DNA of 64,000 nucleotides from Escherichia coli (GTDB lineage Bacteria; Pseudomonadota; Gammaproteobacteria; Enterobacterales; Enterobacteriaceae): NCBI RefSeq assembly GCF_030013205.1, contig NZ_CP122648.1; one strand, 5' to 3'. Shown piece by piece: positions 51,878 to 64,000 of this stretch (position 1 is its first letter; each line of letters starts with the position of its first letter). The notes under the pieces were generated by a model. It saw only the letters and a program-made list of their open reading frames with translations, ran no database searches and was not told where the DNA came from. The position numbers and the translations under genes were made by a program.

Positions 51878-54490
51878 TCAAGCCAGTGCTTTGGTGATCT
51901 TCTCGTACAGATCGCCAGAGAGATTTTCCAGCCCTTTCAACTGTTCCAGCGCCGCACGCATTTTCTCCTGACGTTTGGCATCATAACGTTTCAGGCGAAT
52001 CAGCGGTTCAATCAGACGTGAAGCCACCTGCGGGTTACGGCTGTTGAGGTCGGTAAGCATTTCCACCAGGAACTGGTAACCGCTGCCATCTTCGGCATGG
52101 AACGCTGCCGGATTGCTGCCCGCAAACGCGCCAATCAACGAACGAATACGGTTCGGGTTGCTCATGGTAAATGAGCGATGCTGCAACAGACCGCGCACCG
52201 TCTCCAGCACATTCGCCGCCGGGCTGGTGGCTTGCAGGATAAACCATTTATCCATCACCAGACCATCCTGATGCCACTTGTCGTCGTACTCCTGCATCAG
52301 CGCGTCACGGCATGGCAGCTGTGCAGCAACCGCCGCAGAAAGCGCTGCCAGCGCATCGGTCATATTGTTCGCTTCGTGGAACTGCTTACTCACCAGCACA
52401 TCAGCCAGATGCGTTTCACCAAAAGCAAGGAAACGCAGGCAGGCATTACGCAGAGTGCGTTTTGCAATATCTTCATGCTCAACGCGGTACTCGCTCTGGT
52501 AATTCGCGTTGTAAATAGCCAGCAGCTCATCCGCCAGTTCAGTCGCCAGAGTACGGGTGAGTGCTTCACGCACTTCGGCAATGGCAATCGGGTCGATGAT
52601 ATCGAACAGTTCCGCCATTTCATTGACGGAAGGCAGCGTCAGAATTTCTGCCGCCAGCGCCGGATCGATTTTTTCATCCAGCAGCACCGCGCGGAAAGCG
52701 TCAGCCACATGCACCGGCAGAGACAGCGGCTGTCCTTGCTGATGACGGGCGACGTTCAGCTTGATGTAGGTTGCCAGCAGGCTTTGCGCCGCATCCCAGC
52801 GGGAGAAATCATTACGCGCATGACGCATCAGGAAGGTCAGTTGCTGATCGCTCCACTTATATTCCAGTTTCACTGGCGCAGAGAATTCGCACAACAGCGC
52901 AGGCACCGGCTGGAAGTAGACATTATCAAAGACAAAGGTCTGTTCCGCCTGGGTGACGTTCAGCACCGAATTGACCGGATGACCGCCTTTCTGCAACGGG
53001 ATCACTTTGCCTTCGTTATCATACAGTTCGATGGCAAACGGAATATGCAGCGGCTGTTTTTCTGCCTGATCCGGCGTAGCTGGCGTGCGCTGGCTGATGG
53101 TCAGGGTGTACTGCTCGGTTTCTGGATTGTAGTCGTCTTTGACGGTCACAACCGGCGTACCGGACTGGCTGTACCAACGGCGGAAATGAGAGAGATCGAC
53201 ATTCGATGCATCTTCCATCGCCTGCACAAAGTCGTCACAGGTCGCTGCACTACCATCATGACGCTCGAAATAAAGCTGCATCCCTTTCTGGAAGTTTTCT
53301 TCGCCCAGCAGGGTGTGGATCATGCGAATCACTTCCGCGCCCTTCTCGTAAACGGTCAGGGTGTAGAAGTTGTTCATCTCAATGACCATATCCGGGCGGA
53401 TCGGGTGCGCCATCGGGCTGGCGTCTTCCGCAAACTGCAATCCGCGCATGGTGCGCACGTTGTTGATACGGTTTACCGCGCGGGAACCAAGGTCAGAGCT
53501 GAATTCCTGATCGCGGAAGACGGTTAAACCTTCTTTCAGGCTGAGCTGGAACCAGTCGCGGCAGGTCACACGGTTACCGGTCCAGTTGTGGAAATATTCA
53601 TGGCCGATAACACGCTCAATATCGAGGTAATCTTTATCGGTGGCGGTGTCGGTACGGGCCAGCACATATTTGGAGTTAAAGATATTCAGACCTTTATTCT
53701 CCATTGCGCCCATATTGAAGAAATCCACCGCGACGATCATATAGATGTCGAGGTCATACTCCAGGCCGAAGCGTTCTTCATCCCATTTCATGGAGTTTTT
53801 CAGCGAGGTCATCGCCCACGGCGCGCGGTCGAGGTTGCCGCGATCGACGTACAACTCCAGCGCCACTTCGCGACCAGAACGCGTGGTGAAGGTGTCGCGC
53901 AGCACGTCGAAGTCGCCTGCAACCAGCGCAAACAGGTAGCACGGTTTCGGGAACGGGTCCTGCCACTGTACCCAGTGACGTCCGTTTTCCAGTTCGCCTT
54001 GCGCAACGCGGTTACCGTTGGAAAGCAGGAAGGGATATTTGGTTTTATCGGCAATAATTTTGGTGGTAAAACGCGCCAGTACGTCCGGGCGGTCGAGATA
54101 GTACGTAATGTGGCGGAAACCTTCAGCTTCACACTGGGTGCAAAGCGCATCGCCTGACTGATAAAGCCCTTCCAGCGCGGTATTCGTCGCCGGGCTAATT
54201 TCATTAACGATCTTAAGCGTAAAACGCTCCGGCAAATTACTGATGACCAGTGCGCCCTCTTCTTCTTTCCAGGCGGTCCACGGCTCATCATTAATATGAA
54301 CAGAAACCAGTTTAAGATCTTCGCCATCAAGACGAAGCGGAGCATCTGATGCACCATGACGGACAGCCTGGCTGACCGCGGTAACGACCGTCTTTTGCGC
54401 GTCCAGGTCAAAGGTCAAGTCAATATCAGTAATCTGGTAATCCGGCGCACGATAATCGTGACGGTATTTGGCTTGTGGCTGTTGAGTCAT
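51878..54490 (-). CDS. pepN: Aminopeptidase N
   Basis: 870 aa, HEYFHNWTGNRVT zinc motif. Confidence 0.95.
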   Translation of the reverse strand: MTQQPQAKYRHDYRAPDYQITDIDLTFDLDAQKTVVTAVSQAVRHGASDAPLRLDGEDLKLVSVHINDEPWTAWKEEEGALVISNLPERFTLKIVNEISPATNTALEGLYQSGDALCTQCEAEGFRHITYYLDRPDVLARFTTKIIADKTKYPFLLSNGNRVAQGELENGRHWVQWQDPFPKPCYLFALVAGDFDVLRDTFTTRSGREVALELYVDRGNLDRAPWAMTSLKNSMKWDEERFGLEYDLDIYMIVAVDFFNMGAMENKGLNIFNSKYVLARTDTATDKDYLDIERVIGHEYFHNWTGNRVTCRDWFQLSLKEGLTVFRDQEFSSDLGSRAVNRINNVRTMRGLQFAEDASPMAHPIRPDMVIEMNNFYTLTVYEKGAEVIRMIHTLLGEENFQKGMQLYFERHDGSAATCDDFVQAMEDASNVDLSHFRRWYSQSGTPVVTVKDDYNPETEQYTLTISQRTPATPDQAEKQPLHIPFAIELYDNEGKVIPLQKGGHPVNSVLNVTQAEQTFVFDNVYFQPVPALLCEFSAPVKLEYKWSDQQLTFLMRHARNDFSRWDAAQSLLATYIKLNVARHQQGQPLSLPVHVADAFRAVLLDEKIDPALAAEILTLPSVNEMAELFDIIDPIAIAEVREALTRTLATELADELLAIYNANYQSEYRVEHEDIAKRTLRNACLRFLAFGETHLADVLVSKQFHEANNMTDALAALSAAVAAQLPCRDALMQEYDDKWHQDGLVMDKWFILQATSPAANVLETVRGLLQHRSFTMSNPNRIRSLIGAFAGSNPAAFHAEDGSGYQFLVEMLTDLNSRNPQVASRLIEPLIRLKRYDAKRQEKMRAALEQLKGLENLSGDLYEKITKALA

Positions 54491-54755
54491 AAATAACCTT
54501 TAGCATCTTTGATAGAGTCTGGTGTTCAGTCTATTCCTGTTGCGTAAATCGCGCTATGCAGAATCTTCATCTTTTCAGGTACAAACGCCTTTATTGCTAC
54601 ATTTTTATAACATACACCGCGTAATGCCATCGACTAGAAAGGTGGCATATGGTGTGATCGGGGTTCAATAAATTGCGAAACAAGGTATACTCCAGCAGTT
54701 CCTGAAGATGTTTATTGTACTAAACGCTCCTGTACGAGGACGCTACTGCGCACCT

Positions 54756-55958
54756 ATGACACAATTCGCTTCTCCTGTTCTGCACTCGTTGCTGGATACA
54801 GATGCTTATAAGTTGCATATGCAGCAAGCCGTGTTTCATCACTATTACGATGTGCATGTCGCGGCGGAGTTTCGTTGCCGAGGTGACGATCTGCTGGGTA
54901 TTTATGCCGATGCTATTCGTGAACAGGTTCAGGCGATGCAGTACCTGCGCCTGCAGGATGATGAATATCAGTGGCTCTCTGCCCTGCCTTTCTTTAAGGC
55001 CGACTATCTTAACTGGCTACGCGAGTTCCGCTTTAACCCGGAACAAGTCACCGTGTCCAACGATAATGGCAAGCTGGATATTCGTTTAAGCGGCCCGTGG
55101 CGTGAAGTCATCCTCTGGGAAGTTCCTTTGCTGGCGGTTATCAGTGAAATGGTACATCGCTATCGCTCACCGCAGGCCGACGTTGCGCAAGCCCTCGACA
55201 CGCTGGAAAGCAAATTAGCCGACTTCTCGGCATTAACCGCCGGTCTTGATATGTCGCGCTTCCATCTGATGGATTTTGGCACCCGCCGACGTTTTTCTCG
55301 TGAAGTACAAGAAACCATCGTGAAACGTCTCCAACAGGAATCCTGGTTCGTGGGCACCAGCAACTACGATCTGGCGCGTCGGCTTTCCCTCACGCCAATG
55401 GGAACACAAGCACACGAATGGTTCCAGGCGCATCAGCAAATCAGTCCGGATCTTGCCAACAGCCAGCGAGCTGCACTTGCTGCCTGGCTGGAAGAATATC
55501 CCGACCAACTTGGCATTGCGTTAACCGACTGTATTACCATGGATGCTTTCCTGCGTGATTTCGGTGTCGAGTTCGCCAGCCGCTATCAGGGCCTGCGTCA
55601 TGACTCCGGCGACCCGGTTGAATGGGGTGAAAAAGCCATTGCACATTATAAGAAGCTGGGAATTGATCCACAGAGTAAAACGCTGGTTTTCTCTGACAAT
55701 CTGGATTTACGCAAAGCGGTTGAGCTATACCGCCACTTCTCTTCCCGCGTGCAATTAAGTTTTGGTATTGGGACTCGCCTGACCTGCGATATCCCCCAGG
55801 TAAAACCCCTGAATATTGTCATTAAGTTGGTTGAGTGTAACGGTAAACCGGTGGCGAAACTTTCTGACAGCCCTGGCAAAACTATCTGCCACGATAAAGC
55901 GTTTGTTCGGGCGCTGCGCAAAGCGTTCGACCTTCCGCATATTAAAAAAGCCAGTTAA
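54756..55958 (+). CDS. pncB: Nicotinate phosphoribosyltransferase
   Basis: 400 aa from ATG at 54756. Confidence 0.95.
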   Translation: MTQFASPVLHSLLDTDAYKLHMQQAVFHHYYDVHVAAEFRCRGDDLLGIYADAIREQVQAMQYLRLQDDEYQWLSALPFFKADYLNWLREFRFNPEQVTVSNDNGKLDIRLSGPWREVILWEVPLLAVISEMVHRYRSPQADVAQALDTLESKLADFSALTAGLDMSRFHLMDFGTRRRFSREVQETIVKRLQQESWFVGTSNYDLARRLSLTPMGTQAHEWFQAHQQISPDLANSQRAALAAWLEEYPDQLGIALTDCITMDAFLRDFGVEFASRYQGLRHDSGDPVEWGEKAIAHYKKLGIDPQSKTLVFSDNLDLRKAVELYRHFSSRVQLSFGIGTRLTCDIPQVKPLNIVIKLVECNGKPVAKLSDSPGKTICHDKAFVRALRKAFDLPHIKKAS

Positions 55959-56126
55959 TATCATCAGGGAGCTAATCGGCTCCCTTTTTTTACCTTTAAT
56001 TCCGAAATCTTTCGCTGCATTTGCGAATTCTGCTTGTCTGATTGCAGATGCCAGGTAACATAGGTATCCCCCCATTTACGGGTGGACAAGTGTTTATTTT
56101 TTCCGACTATTAACAGAGAGAATATT

Positions 56127-57527
56127 ATGAGCGTTGTGCCTGTAGCCGACGTACTCCAGGGCCGCGTAGCCGTTGACAGCGAAGTCACCGTGCGCGGATG
56201 GGTACGTACCCGCCGAGATTCAAAAGCTGGCATCTCCTTCCTCGCCGTTTATGACGGTTCCTGCTTTGATCCTGTACAGGCTGTCATCAATAATTCTCTG
56301 CCCAATTACAATGAAGACGTCCTGCGTCTGACCACCGGTTGCTCAGTCATTGTGACGGGTAAAGTCGTGGCATCGCCGGGCCAGGGGCAACAATTTGAAA
56401 TTCAGGCCAGCAAGGTTGAAGTTGCTGGTTGGGTTGAAGATCCAGACACTTACCCGATGGCGGCAAAACGCCACAGCATTGAGTATCTGCGTGAAGTCGC
56501 TCACCTGCGTCCGCGCACAAACCTGATTGGTGCCGTCGCGCGCGTTCGCCATACGCTGGCGCAGGCGCTGCATCGCTTCTTTAACGAGCAGGGATTCTTC
56601 TGGGTTTCAACGCCACTGATTACTGCGTCTGATACCGAAGGGGCTGGCGAAATGTTCCGCGTTTCTACGCTGGATCTGGAAAACCTGCCGCGTAACGATC
56701 AGGGCAAAGTGGATTTCGACAAAGACTTCTTTGGTAAAGAGTCTTTCCTGACCGTATCTGGCCAGTTGAACGGCGAAACCTACGCTTGCGCATTATCCAA
56801 AATTTATACCTTCGGCCCGACTTTCCGTGCTGAAAACTCCAACACCAGCCGTCACCTGGCGGAATTCTGGATGCTGGAGCCGGAAGTGGCGTTTGCTAAC
56901 CTGAACGATATCGCGGGTCTGGCTGAAGCCATGCTGAAATATGTCTTCAAAGCGGTTCTCGAAGAACGCGCTGACGACATGAAATTCTTCGCTGAACGCG
57001 TAGATAAAGATGCCGTTTCACGTCTGGAACGCTTCATTGAAGCCGATTTTGCGCAGGTGGATTACACCGACGCAGTGACCATTCTCGAAAACTGCGGCAG
57101 GAAGTTTGAAAACCCAGTTTACTGGGGCGTTGATCTCTCTTCTGAGCATGAGCGTTATCTGGCGGAAGAACACTTTAAAGCACCGGTAGTGGTTAAAAAC
57201 TATCCGAAAGATATTAAAGCGTTCTATATGCGCCTTAACGAAGACGGTAAAACCGTTGCGGCTATGGACGTTCTGGCTCCGGGCATCGGTGAGATCATTG
57301 GTGGCTCCCAGCGTGAAGAACGTCTGGACGTGCTGGACGAGCGTATGCTGGAAATGGGCCTGAATAAAGAAGATTACTGGTGGTATCGCGATCTGCGTCG
57401 CTACGGTACTGTTCCGCATTCAGGTTTCGGTCTTGGTTTTGAACGCCTGATTGCTTACGTAACTGGTGTGCAAAACGTGCGTGATGTGATTCCGTTCCCA
57501 CGTACTCCGCGTAACGCCAGCTTCTAA
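56127..57527 (+). CDS. asnS: Asparaginyl-tRNA synthetase
   Basis: 466 aa. Confidence 0.95.
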
Positions 57528-57539
57528 TTTAGCGTCTTC

Positions 57540-57567
57540 AAGAGCCAGCACCCGCTGGCTCTTTTTT
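57540..57567 (+). terminator. asnS terminator
   Basis: agagccagc…gctggctct hairpin + T-run. Confidence 0.7.
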
Positions 57568-57919
57568 TATCCTTTCTGTCAAGTTATCTGTTTGTTAAGT
57601 CAAGCAATCTATTTGCAACCCCGCCATAACGATCATCCTGTTACGGAATATTACATTGCAACATTTACGCACAAAAAATAACCCGCATTCTTATTGCGGA
57701 TTAGTTTTTTCTTAGCTGATAGCACAATTTTCATACTATTTTTTGGCATTCTGGATGTCTGAAAGAGGATTTTGTGCCAGGTCGATAAAGTTTCCATCAG
57801 AAACAAAATTTCCGTTTAGTTAATTTAAATATAAGGAAATCATATAAATAGATAAAAATTGCTGTAAATATCATCACGCCTCTATGGAAATATGACGGTG
57901 TTCACAAAGTTCCTTAATT

Positions 57920-57980
57920 TTTACTTTTAGTTACATATTTTTTCTTTTTGAAACCAAATCTTTATCTTTGTAGCACTTTC
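57920..57980. promoter_or_regulatory. OmpR-binding sites F1-F3 upstream of ompF
   Basis: TTTACTTTTAGTTACATATTT / TTTCTTTTTGAAACCAAATC / TTTATCTTTGTAGCACTTTC match the known ompF OmpR boxes. Confidence 0.7.
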
Positions 57981-58129
57981 ACGGTAGCGAAACGTTAGTT
58001 TGAATGGAAAGATGCCTGCAGACACATAAAGACACCAAACTCTCATCAATAGTTCCGTAAATTTTTATTGACAGAACTTATTGACGGCAGTGGCAGGTGT
58101 CATAAAAAAAACCATGAGGGTAATAAATA

Positions 58130-59218
58130 ATGATGAAGCGCAATATTCTGGCAGTGATCGTCCCTGCTCTGTTAGTAGCAGGTACTGCAAACGCTGCAGA
58201 AATCTATAACAAAGATGGCAACAAAGTAGATCTGTACGGTAAAGCTGTCGGTCTGCATTATTTCTCCAAGGGTAACGGTGAAAACAGTTACGGTGGCAAT
58301 GGTGACATGACCTATGCCCGTCTTGGTTTTAAAGGGGAAACTCAAATCAATTCCGATCTGACCGGTTATGGTCAGTGGGAATATAACTTCCAGGGTAACA
58401 ACTCTGAAGGCGCTGACGCTCAAACTGGTAACAAAACGCGTCTGGCATTCGCGGGTCTTAAATACGCTGACGTTGGTTCTTTCGATTACGGCCGTAACTA
58501 CGGTGTGGTTTATGATGCACTGGGTTACACCGATATGCTGCCAGAATTTGGTGGTGATACTGCATACAGCGATGACTTCTTCGTTGGTCGTGTTGGCGGC
58601 GTTGCTACCTATCGTAACTCCAACTTCTTTGGTCTGGTTGATGGCCTGAACTTTGCTGTTCAGTACCTGGGTAAAAACGAGCGTGACACTGCACGCCGCT
58701 CTAACGGCGACGGTGTTGGTGGTTCTATCAGCTACGAATACGAAGGCTTTGGTATCGTTGGTGCCTATGGCGCCGCTGACCGTACCAACCTGCAAGAAGC
58801 TCAACCTCTTGGCAACGGTAAAAAAGCTGAACAGTGGGCTACTGGTCTGAAGTATGACGCGAACAACATCTACCTGGCAGCGAACTACGGTGAAACCCGT
58901 AACGCTACGCCGATCACTAATAAATTTACAAACATCAGCGGCTTCGCCAACAAAACGCAAGACGTTCTGTTAGTTGCGCAATACCAGTTCGATTTCGGTC
59001 TGCGTCCGTCCATCGCTTACACCAAATCTAAAGCGAAAGACGTAGAAGGTATCGGTGATGTTGATCTGGTGAACTACTTTGAAGTGGGCGCAACCTACTA
59101 CTTCAACAAAAACATGTCCACCTATGTTGACTACATCATCAACCAGATCGATTCTGACAACAAACTGGGCGTAGGTTCTGACGACACCGTTGCTGTGGGT
59201 ATCGTTTACCAGTTCTAA
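58130..59218 (+). CDS. ompF: Outer membrane porin F
   Basis: 362 aa, recognised. Confidence 0.95.
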   Translation: MMKRNILAVIVPALLVAGTANAAEIYNKDGNKVDLYGKAVGLHYFSKGNGENSYGGNGDMTYARLGFKGETQINSDLTGYGQWEYNFQGNNSEGADAQTGNKTRLAFAGLKYADVGSFDYGRNYGVVYDALGYTDMLPEFGGDTAYSDDFFVGRVGGVATYRNSNFFGLVDGLNFAVQYLGKNERDTARRSNGDGVGGSISYEYEGFGIVGAYGAADRTNLQEAQPLGNGKKAEQWATGLKYDANNIYLAANYGETRNATPITNKFTNISGFANKTQDVLLVAQYQFDFGLRPSIAYTKSKAKDVEGIGDVDLVNYFEVGATYYFNKNMSTYVDYIINQIDSDNKLGVGSDDTVAVGIVYQF

Positions 59219-59243
59219 TAGCACACCTCTTTGTTAAATGCCG

Positions 59244-59273
59244 AAAAAACAGGACTTTGGTCCTGTTTTTTTT
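59244..59273 (+). terminator. ompF terminator
   Basis: caggactttggtcctg hairpin + T8. Confidence 0.8.
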
Positions 59274-59402
59274 ATGCCTTCCAGAGCAATCTCACGTCTT
59301 GCAAAAACAGCCTGCGTTTTCATCAGTAATAGTTGGAATTTTGTAAATCTCCCGTTACCCTGATAGCGGACTTCCCTTCTGTAACCATAATGGAACCTCG
59401 TC

Positions 59403-60593
59403 ATGTTTGAGAACATTACCGCCGCTCCTGCCGACCCGATTCTGGGCCTGGCCGATCTGTTTCGTGCCGATGAACGTCCCGGCAAAATTAACCTCGGGAT
59501 TGGTGTCTATAAAGATGAGACGGGCAAAACCCCGGTACTGACCAGCGTGAAAAAGGCTGAACAGTATCTGCTCGAAAATGAAACCACCAAAAATTACCTC
59601 GGCATTGACGGCATCCCTGAATTTGGTCGCTGCACTCAGGAACTGCTGTTTGGTAAAGGTAGCGCCCTGATCAATGACAAACGTGCTCGCACGGCACAGA
59701 CTCCGGGTGGCACTGGCGCACTACGCGTGGCTGCCGATTTCCTGGCAAAAAATACCAGCGTTAAGCGTGTGTGGGTGAGCAACCCAAGCTGGCCGAACCA
59801 TAAGAGCGTCTTTAACTCTGCAGGTCTGGAAGTTCGTGAATACGCTTATTATGATGCGGAAAATCACACCCTTGACTTCGATGCACTGATTAACAGCCTG
59901 AACGAAGCTCAGGCTGGCGACGTGGTGCTGTTCCATGGCTGCTGCCATAACCCAACCGGTATCGACCCTACGCTGGAACAATGGCAGACACTGGCACAAC
60001 TTTCCGTTGAGAAAGGCTGGTTACCGCTGTTTGACTTCGCTTACCAGGGGTTTGCCCGTGGTCTGGAAGAAGATGCTGAAGGACTGCGCGCTTTCGCGGC
60101 TATGCATAAAGAGCTGATTGTTGCCAGTTCCTACTCTAAAAACTTTGGCCTGTACAACGAGCGTGTTGGCGCTTGTACTCTGGTTGCTGCTGACAGTGAA
60201 ACCGTTGATCGCGCATTCAGCCAAATGAAAGCGGCGATTCGCGCTAACTACTCTAACCCACCAGCACACGGCGCTTCTGTTGTTGCCACCATCCTGAGCA
60301 ACGATGCGTTACGTGCGATTTGGGAACAAGAACTGACTGATATGCGCCAGCGTATTCAGCGTATGCGTCAGTTGTTCGTCAATACGCTGCAGGAAAAAGG
60401 CGCAAACCGCGACTTCAGCTTTATCATCAAACAGAACGGCATGTTCTCCTTCAGTGGTCTGACAAAAGAACAAGTGCTGCGTCTGCGCGAAGAGTTTGGC
60501 GTGTATGCTGTTGCTTCTGGTCGTGTGAACGTAGCCGGGATGACACCAGATAACATGGCTCCGCTGTGCGAAGCGATTGTGGCAGTGCTGTAA
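59403..60593 (+). CDS. aspC: Aspartate aminotransferase
   Basis: 396 aa. Confidence 0.95.
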   Translation: MFENITAAPADPILGLADLFRADERPGKINLGIGVYKDETGKTPVLTSVKKAEQYLLENETTKNYLGIDGIPEFGRCTQELLFGKGSALINDKRARTAQTPGGTGALRVAADFLAKNTSVKRVWVSNPSWPNHKSVFNSAGLEVREYAYYDAENHTLDFDALINSLNEAQAGDVVLFHGCCHNPTGIDPTLEQWQTLAQLSVEKGWLPLFDFAYQGFARGLEEDAEGLRAFAAMHKELIVASSYSKNFGLYNERVGACTLVAADSETVDRAFSQMKAAIRANYSNPPAHGASVVATILSNDALRAIWEQELTDMRQRIQRMRQLFVNTLQEKGANRDFSFIIKQNGMFSFSGLTKEQVLRLREEFGVYAVASGRVNVAGMTPDNMAPLCEAIVAVL

Positions 60594-60610
60594 GCGTTAA
60601 AAACAATGAA

Positions 60611-60635
60611 GCCCGCTTGAAAAGCGGGCTTTTTT
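60611..60635. terminator. Terminator between aspC and gloC
   Basis: gcccgcttgaaaagcgggc + T-run. Confidence 0.75.
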
Positions 60636-60643
60636 ATGCGCCT

Positions 60644-61291
60644 TTACCAGACGGGCATTTCGTCTTGCAGGAAGGGATTATGCAGGCGCTCATAACCAAG
60701 TGTGGATAATGGTCCGTGACCCGGAATAAATGTCACGTCATCCCCCAGTGGCAGCAACTTATCTTTGATTGAAGAAATCAGTTGATTATGATCGCCACGC
60801 GGGAAGTCACTGCGCCCTATTCCGCCTTTGAAAATAACGTCGCCAGAAATCAGCAGCCTTGCCCGATCATCAAAAAACACGACATGACCCGGCGTATGCC
60901 CAGGGCAATGTAACACCTGTAAAGCCACATTCCCTATGCTGATGGTATCGCCTTCGTTCAGCCAACGATCCGGCGTCAACGGCTGGCACTCTTCCAGACC
61001 AAACATACGACTTTGTGCAGGCAAGCCTTGCAGCCAGAACTCATCTTCTTTTTCCGGGCCAAAAACCGGCACGCCGTAATGTTGCGCCAGTTCCGCCGCT
61101 GCACCAACGTGGTCCAGATGACCATGCGTCAGCAGGATCTGCATCAGTGTCAGGCCGCTGGCGTCAACTTCCTGTTTGATTTTTTCCGCATCGCCGCCAG
61201 GATCGACCAGTGCGGCCAGACGGGTTTGTTCACACCAGATCAATGAACAGTTCTGGGAGAATGCGGTGACCGGAATAATACGATAGTTCAT
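60644..61291 (-). CDS. gloC: Metallo-beta-lactamase fold hydrolase YcbL (glyoxalase II-like)
   Basis: 215 aa, HGHLDH motif. Confidence 0.9.
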   Translation of the reverse strand: MNYRIIPVTAFSQNCSLIWCEQTRLAALVDPGGDAEKIKQEVDASGLTLMQILLTHGHLDHVGAAAELAQHYGVPVFGPEKEDEFWLQGLPAQSRMFGLEECQPLTPDRWLNEGDTISIGNVALQVLHCPGHTPGHVVFFDDRARLLISGDVIFKGGIGRSDFPRGDHNQLISSIKDKLLPLGDDVTFIPGHGPLSTLGYERLHNPFLQDEMPVW

Positions 61292-61317
61292 ACTGCCCCT
61301 GTTTCGTTAAGCGATTG

Positions 61318-61866
61318 CTACCAGTGCCGTGCTGGCCCGGTATCAATATGCACAAAGTTACTACGTGGGTAATATCCTACACCACCTGCGCGCATAGATA
61401 ACGCGGCTTTGCGAATATTGCTTAACGCGATACCTTCAATATGGAAATCCATCGCCTGCCCTTTCGTGTGATAGCTTTTCTTCGCTACTCCACGGCTGCG
61501 GGCGCGTAGTTCATTGTTGGTATCAATGGAACGATAACCGGAAATGAGTTGCACCGGTTTGCGGGTACCTAATAACCCTTGCAGGCGATACAACTGATCG
61601 AACAATCCTGGGTCGATGGACTTTATTTTGTTCGCGCGGTAATCGCGGAAAAAATGGTTAAGTTTTGCCAATTCTTCCTGAATATAGCCTCTGCCATCGA
61701 AAAACTCCGCTTTGATTGACTCTCCGGTATGAAGATTATTGAGTGTCAAAATGCGCGGGCGTGGGGTAGAGAGTGTTGCAAACGCAGGGGTCGGCAGGAT
61801 GGCGGCACCGAGTGCAACGCCACCAAGCGCCAGCAGTTTGCGGCGATTAGCGTCGAATTTGTCCAT
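61318..61866 (-). CDS. mepK: Peptidoglycan LD-endopeptidase MepK (YcbK)
   Basis: 182 aa from ATG at 61866; Tat-like signal. Confidence 0.9.
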   Translation of the reverse strand: MDKFDANRRKLLALGGVALGAAILPTPAFATLSTPRPRILTLNNLHTGESIKAEFFDGRGYIQEELAKLNHFFRDYRANKIKSIDPGLFDQLYRLQGLLGTRKPVQLISGYRSIDTNNELRARSRGVAKKSYHTKGQAMDFHIEGIALSNIRKAALSMRAGGVGYYPRSNFVHIDTGPARHW

Positions 61867-62046
61867 GATAATCAAGTCTACAGGTCAATGTTATCGTTTA
61901 TATGCACTTCTGGCGCACAAGAGGCACCTTAACCGTCAGTAAAGCTGACGTCAAGATGACTCAACCCCAGCAGTGACGGGGGCTGCAGAGAATCGCCCCC
62001 GATCATGCTAATTATTACGACAACTGATTTCCCCGAACTGCTTCAT

Positions 62047-63894
62047 TTACCTGATTAATTGTTCCGCTTTCGATATGATTTGCGAGCTGGATCGCGCAGG
62101 CAGATCATAATTGTAAATATCTGTACGATACTGGGTACGACCATCTGCACCAACAAAGGCAGTCAGGTAGTAGAGATTCACCGGAATCGACTGCCGAATA
62201 TTGACGTAACGCGTATCGCCCTGCTTCAGCGCATCAGAAATACGTTTGTCATTCCATCCTGCATCTTGCAACAGCATATTCGCCAGATCGGAAGCTTTAT
62301 TCACTCGTACACAGCCTGAGCTCAATGCGCGTGTATCACGCTTGAACAGATTGTGGTTCGGCGTGTCATGCAAATAAATGGCCTCTGAACTCGGCATATT
62401 GAATTTATAGCGCCCCAGCGAGTTCCGTGGGCCTGGAGCCTGCTGGAAGCGAAACGGTAAATTCGAGGCCGTGATTGTAGACCAGTCAACCTGCCATGGG
62501 TCAATCGCTTCTCTGCTGTTCCAGCCGCGCATCACCGTATAGCCATGGCTTTCGAGATATCCCGGATCGTTGCGCACTTTCGGCAGAATATCTTTGCGTG
62601 CCAGAGTTGGTGGTACGTTCCACGGCGGGTTTACCACTACGTTGTTAAGTGCACTGCTCATCATCGGCGTTTTGCGATCGGGGCGACCGACAATGACTCG
62701 CGAATCCAGCACCTGATTGCCGTTCTGATAGTAGACCAGCGAATAGGCCGGAATGTTAACCATGATCCCGGTAGAAAGCTCTGTTGGCAGCAAGCGCAAT
62801 CGCTGGATGTTGAGTGCCAACACGCCAGCACGCTGGGCGGGCGTTACGTTTAACCAGTCACGCGTTGCCGGGCCAATAGCGCCATCTGCTCCCAATCCTT
62901 GCCATGCCTGAAAACGTTTAACGGCCTGCACCAGTTCATTATCGTAGGCGGCACGAACGGCAGGCGCAGGTTTACTACGAGACGTCGTTTGCTTGTCCAT
63001 CGGCTTAGTTTCTGCTGTTTCAACAGTAACAGCGGATGGGCTGACTACTGCGTCAGTTGGCGTGTCATCGCCAGGGAGAGTAATTTTTGGCCCCCCGTCC
63101 AACATGCCTGTGCGTTGCAATATTTCGCGCAACGCCGGTACGTCGTTACTCCACTGCCCTGGGCGCAACGTTGCTTTACCGGTCAGTTGAGGCCACGGTT
63201 TGGTGTCACTGAGTAAGGCCAGTAACGATTCATGCATCGCCGCATATTGCGGATGCTGCGGTGCCAGTCCTGCAACAAACGTCGGCAATTGACCTTTATC
63301 CAGCGCCAGCTGCCATTGGTTAATCACCGAAAGCGGCGGCGTTGCAAGCGCATAAGGTTTACTGCTATATAGCCAGCGAGTGCCTTTGACCGGAATATTT
63401 GCAATGAAATGGAGATAGCCCATCATCGCATCAGAGAGCACGACGTCGCGTGCCATCCCGTTAACACCAGGATCGGTCAGTAACTCTACCCATTTATTAA
63501 ACTGCGGCTGGAAACCGGCAATCGCCACCTCTGCCAGCTGTTGCTGGAAGGCTTTAACAGCATCACGGTTTTCCCACATGGGTTGCATATCGCGTGCGGC
63601 ATACAACAGTTGAAGCTGGTTAAGATAAACCGGCTTATAACCTGCGGGTAATTGAGATTCGATTTGCGTGCGGGCCTTTTCTGCCGCACCTTCAGGCAAT
63701 GGCTGGATCCCCGCCATTATTGCCGTGGCTTGCGCCTGCGGCAGTGCCTCGCCCTGTTCACTGACAGCCACCGGGCTGTCGCCAGGGATTACTTCAGGCT
63801 CATCGGCCTGCGCATTGAACAGTGGAGCGAATGTTACGGCCAGGCACAAACTGATTGCCGACAGCCGACGACCACACATCATATTAAGCAACAT
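62047..63894 (-). CDS. ldtD: L,D-transpeptidase LdtD (YcbB)
   Basis: 615 aa. Confidence 0.9.
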   Translation of the reverse strand: MLLNMMCGRRLSAISLCLAVTFAPLFNAQADEPEVIPGDSPVAVSEQGEALPQAQATAIMAGIQPLPEGAAEKARTQIESQLPAGYKPVYLNQLQLLYAARDMQPMWENRDAVKAFQQQLAEVAIAGFQPQFNKWVELLTDPGVNGMARDVVLSDAMMGYLHFIANIPVKGTRWLYSSKPYALATPPLSVINQWQLALDKGQLPTFVAGLAPQHPQYAAMHESLLALLSDTKPWPQLTGKATLRPGQWSNDVPALREILQRTGMLDGGPKITLPGDDTPTDAVVSPSAVTVETAETKPMDKQTTSRSKPAPAVRAAYDNELVQAVKRFQAWQGLGADGAIGPATRDWLNVTPAQRAGVLALNIQRLRLLPTELSTGIMVNIPAYSLVYYQNGNQVLDSRVIVGRPDRKTPMMSSALNNVVVNPPWNVPPTLARKDILPKVRNDPGYLESHGYTVMRGWNSREAIDPWQVDWSTITASNLPFRFQQAPGPRNSLGRYKFNMPSSEAIYLHDTPNHNLFKRDTRALSSGCVRVNKASDLANMLLQDAGWNDKRISDALKQGDTRYVNIRQSIPVNLYYLTAFVGADGRTQYRTDIYNYDLPARSSSQIISKAEQLIR

Positions 63895-64000
63895 CCCTTG
63901 CCCCCTGTTTTTATCATACTCTGAATAGCCAGGCTGTTATTTTACGACTTGCCTGTACAACGCCAATACTCACGAAAGTATGACGAGCAAGCCTGTTACT

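Noticed and set aside
52178-53527. 449-aa + strand ORF
   Set aside because: Entirely antisense to pepN, which is unambiguous on the minus strand

Overview
The window is Escherichia coli-type chromosome, colinear with the K-12 serT-yccA...ompA...ompF...aspC...ldtD region but in reverse orientation. About 43.5 kb (20.5-64 kb) is conserved backbone, with every gene recognisable and of K-12 length. The first 20.4 kb is a defective lambdoid prophage inserted at the 3' end of tRNA-Ser (serT), bounded by a 65-bp direct repeat (4-68 and 20434-20498), with the integrase next to the right repeat. The remnant keeps a Qin-like early-left arm (DicF-like sRNA, dicB, ydfD-like, 744-aa exonuclease, xis, int), a disrupted O/P-like replication block, a nin-like region (HNH endonuclease, DUF968/YdfU-like, RusA, Q-like antiterminator) and only fragments of tail genes (I, J, stf, tfa). 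No endolysin, Rz, terminase or head genes and no recognisable cI/DicA-type repressor are present. The most promising place for an undescribed function is the cargo block at 3.0-7.4 kb between the Q-like gene and the tail remnants: an AT-rich island with a 167-aa membrane protein, an orphan beta-class DNA methyltransferase, a 92-aa ORF behind a 518-bp structured leader, a DUF1883-like gene and a holin-like membrane protein. Secondary candidates are an antisense-inserted ParD/ParE toxin-antitoxin pair and an unusual immunity-position locus (coiled-coil/zinc-ribbon protein under a repeat-flanked TATAAT promoter). I could not identify any of these as a named defence system; all calls rest on reading the translations and on recalled family signatures, with no database search run.
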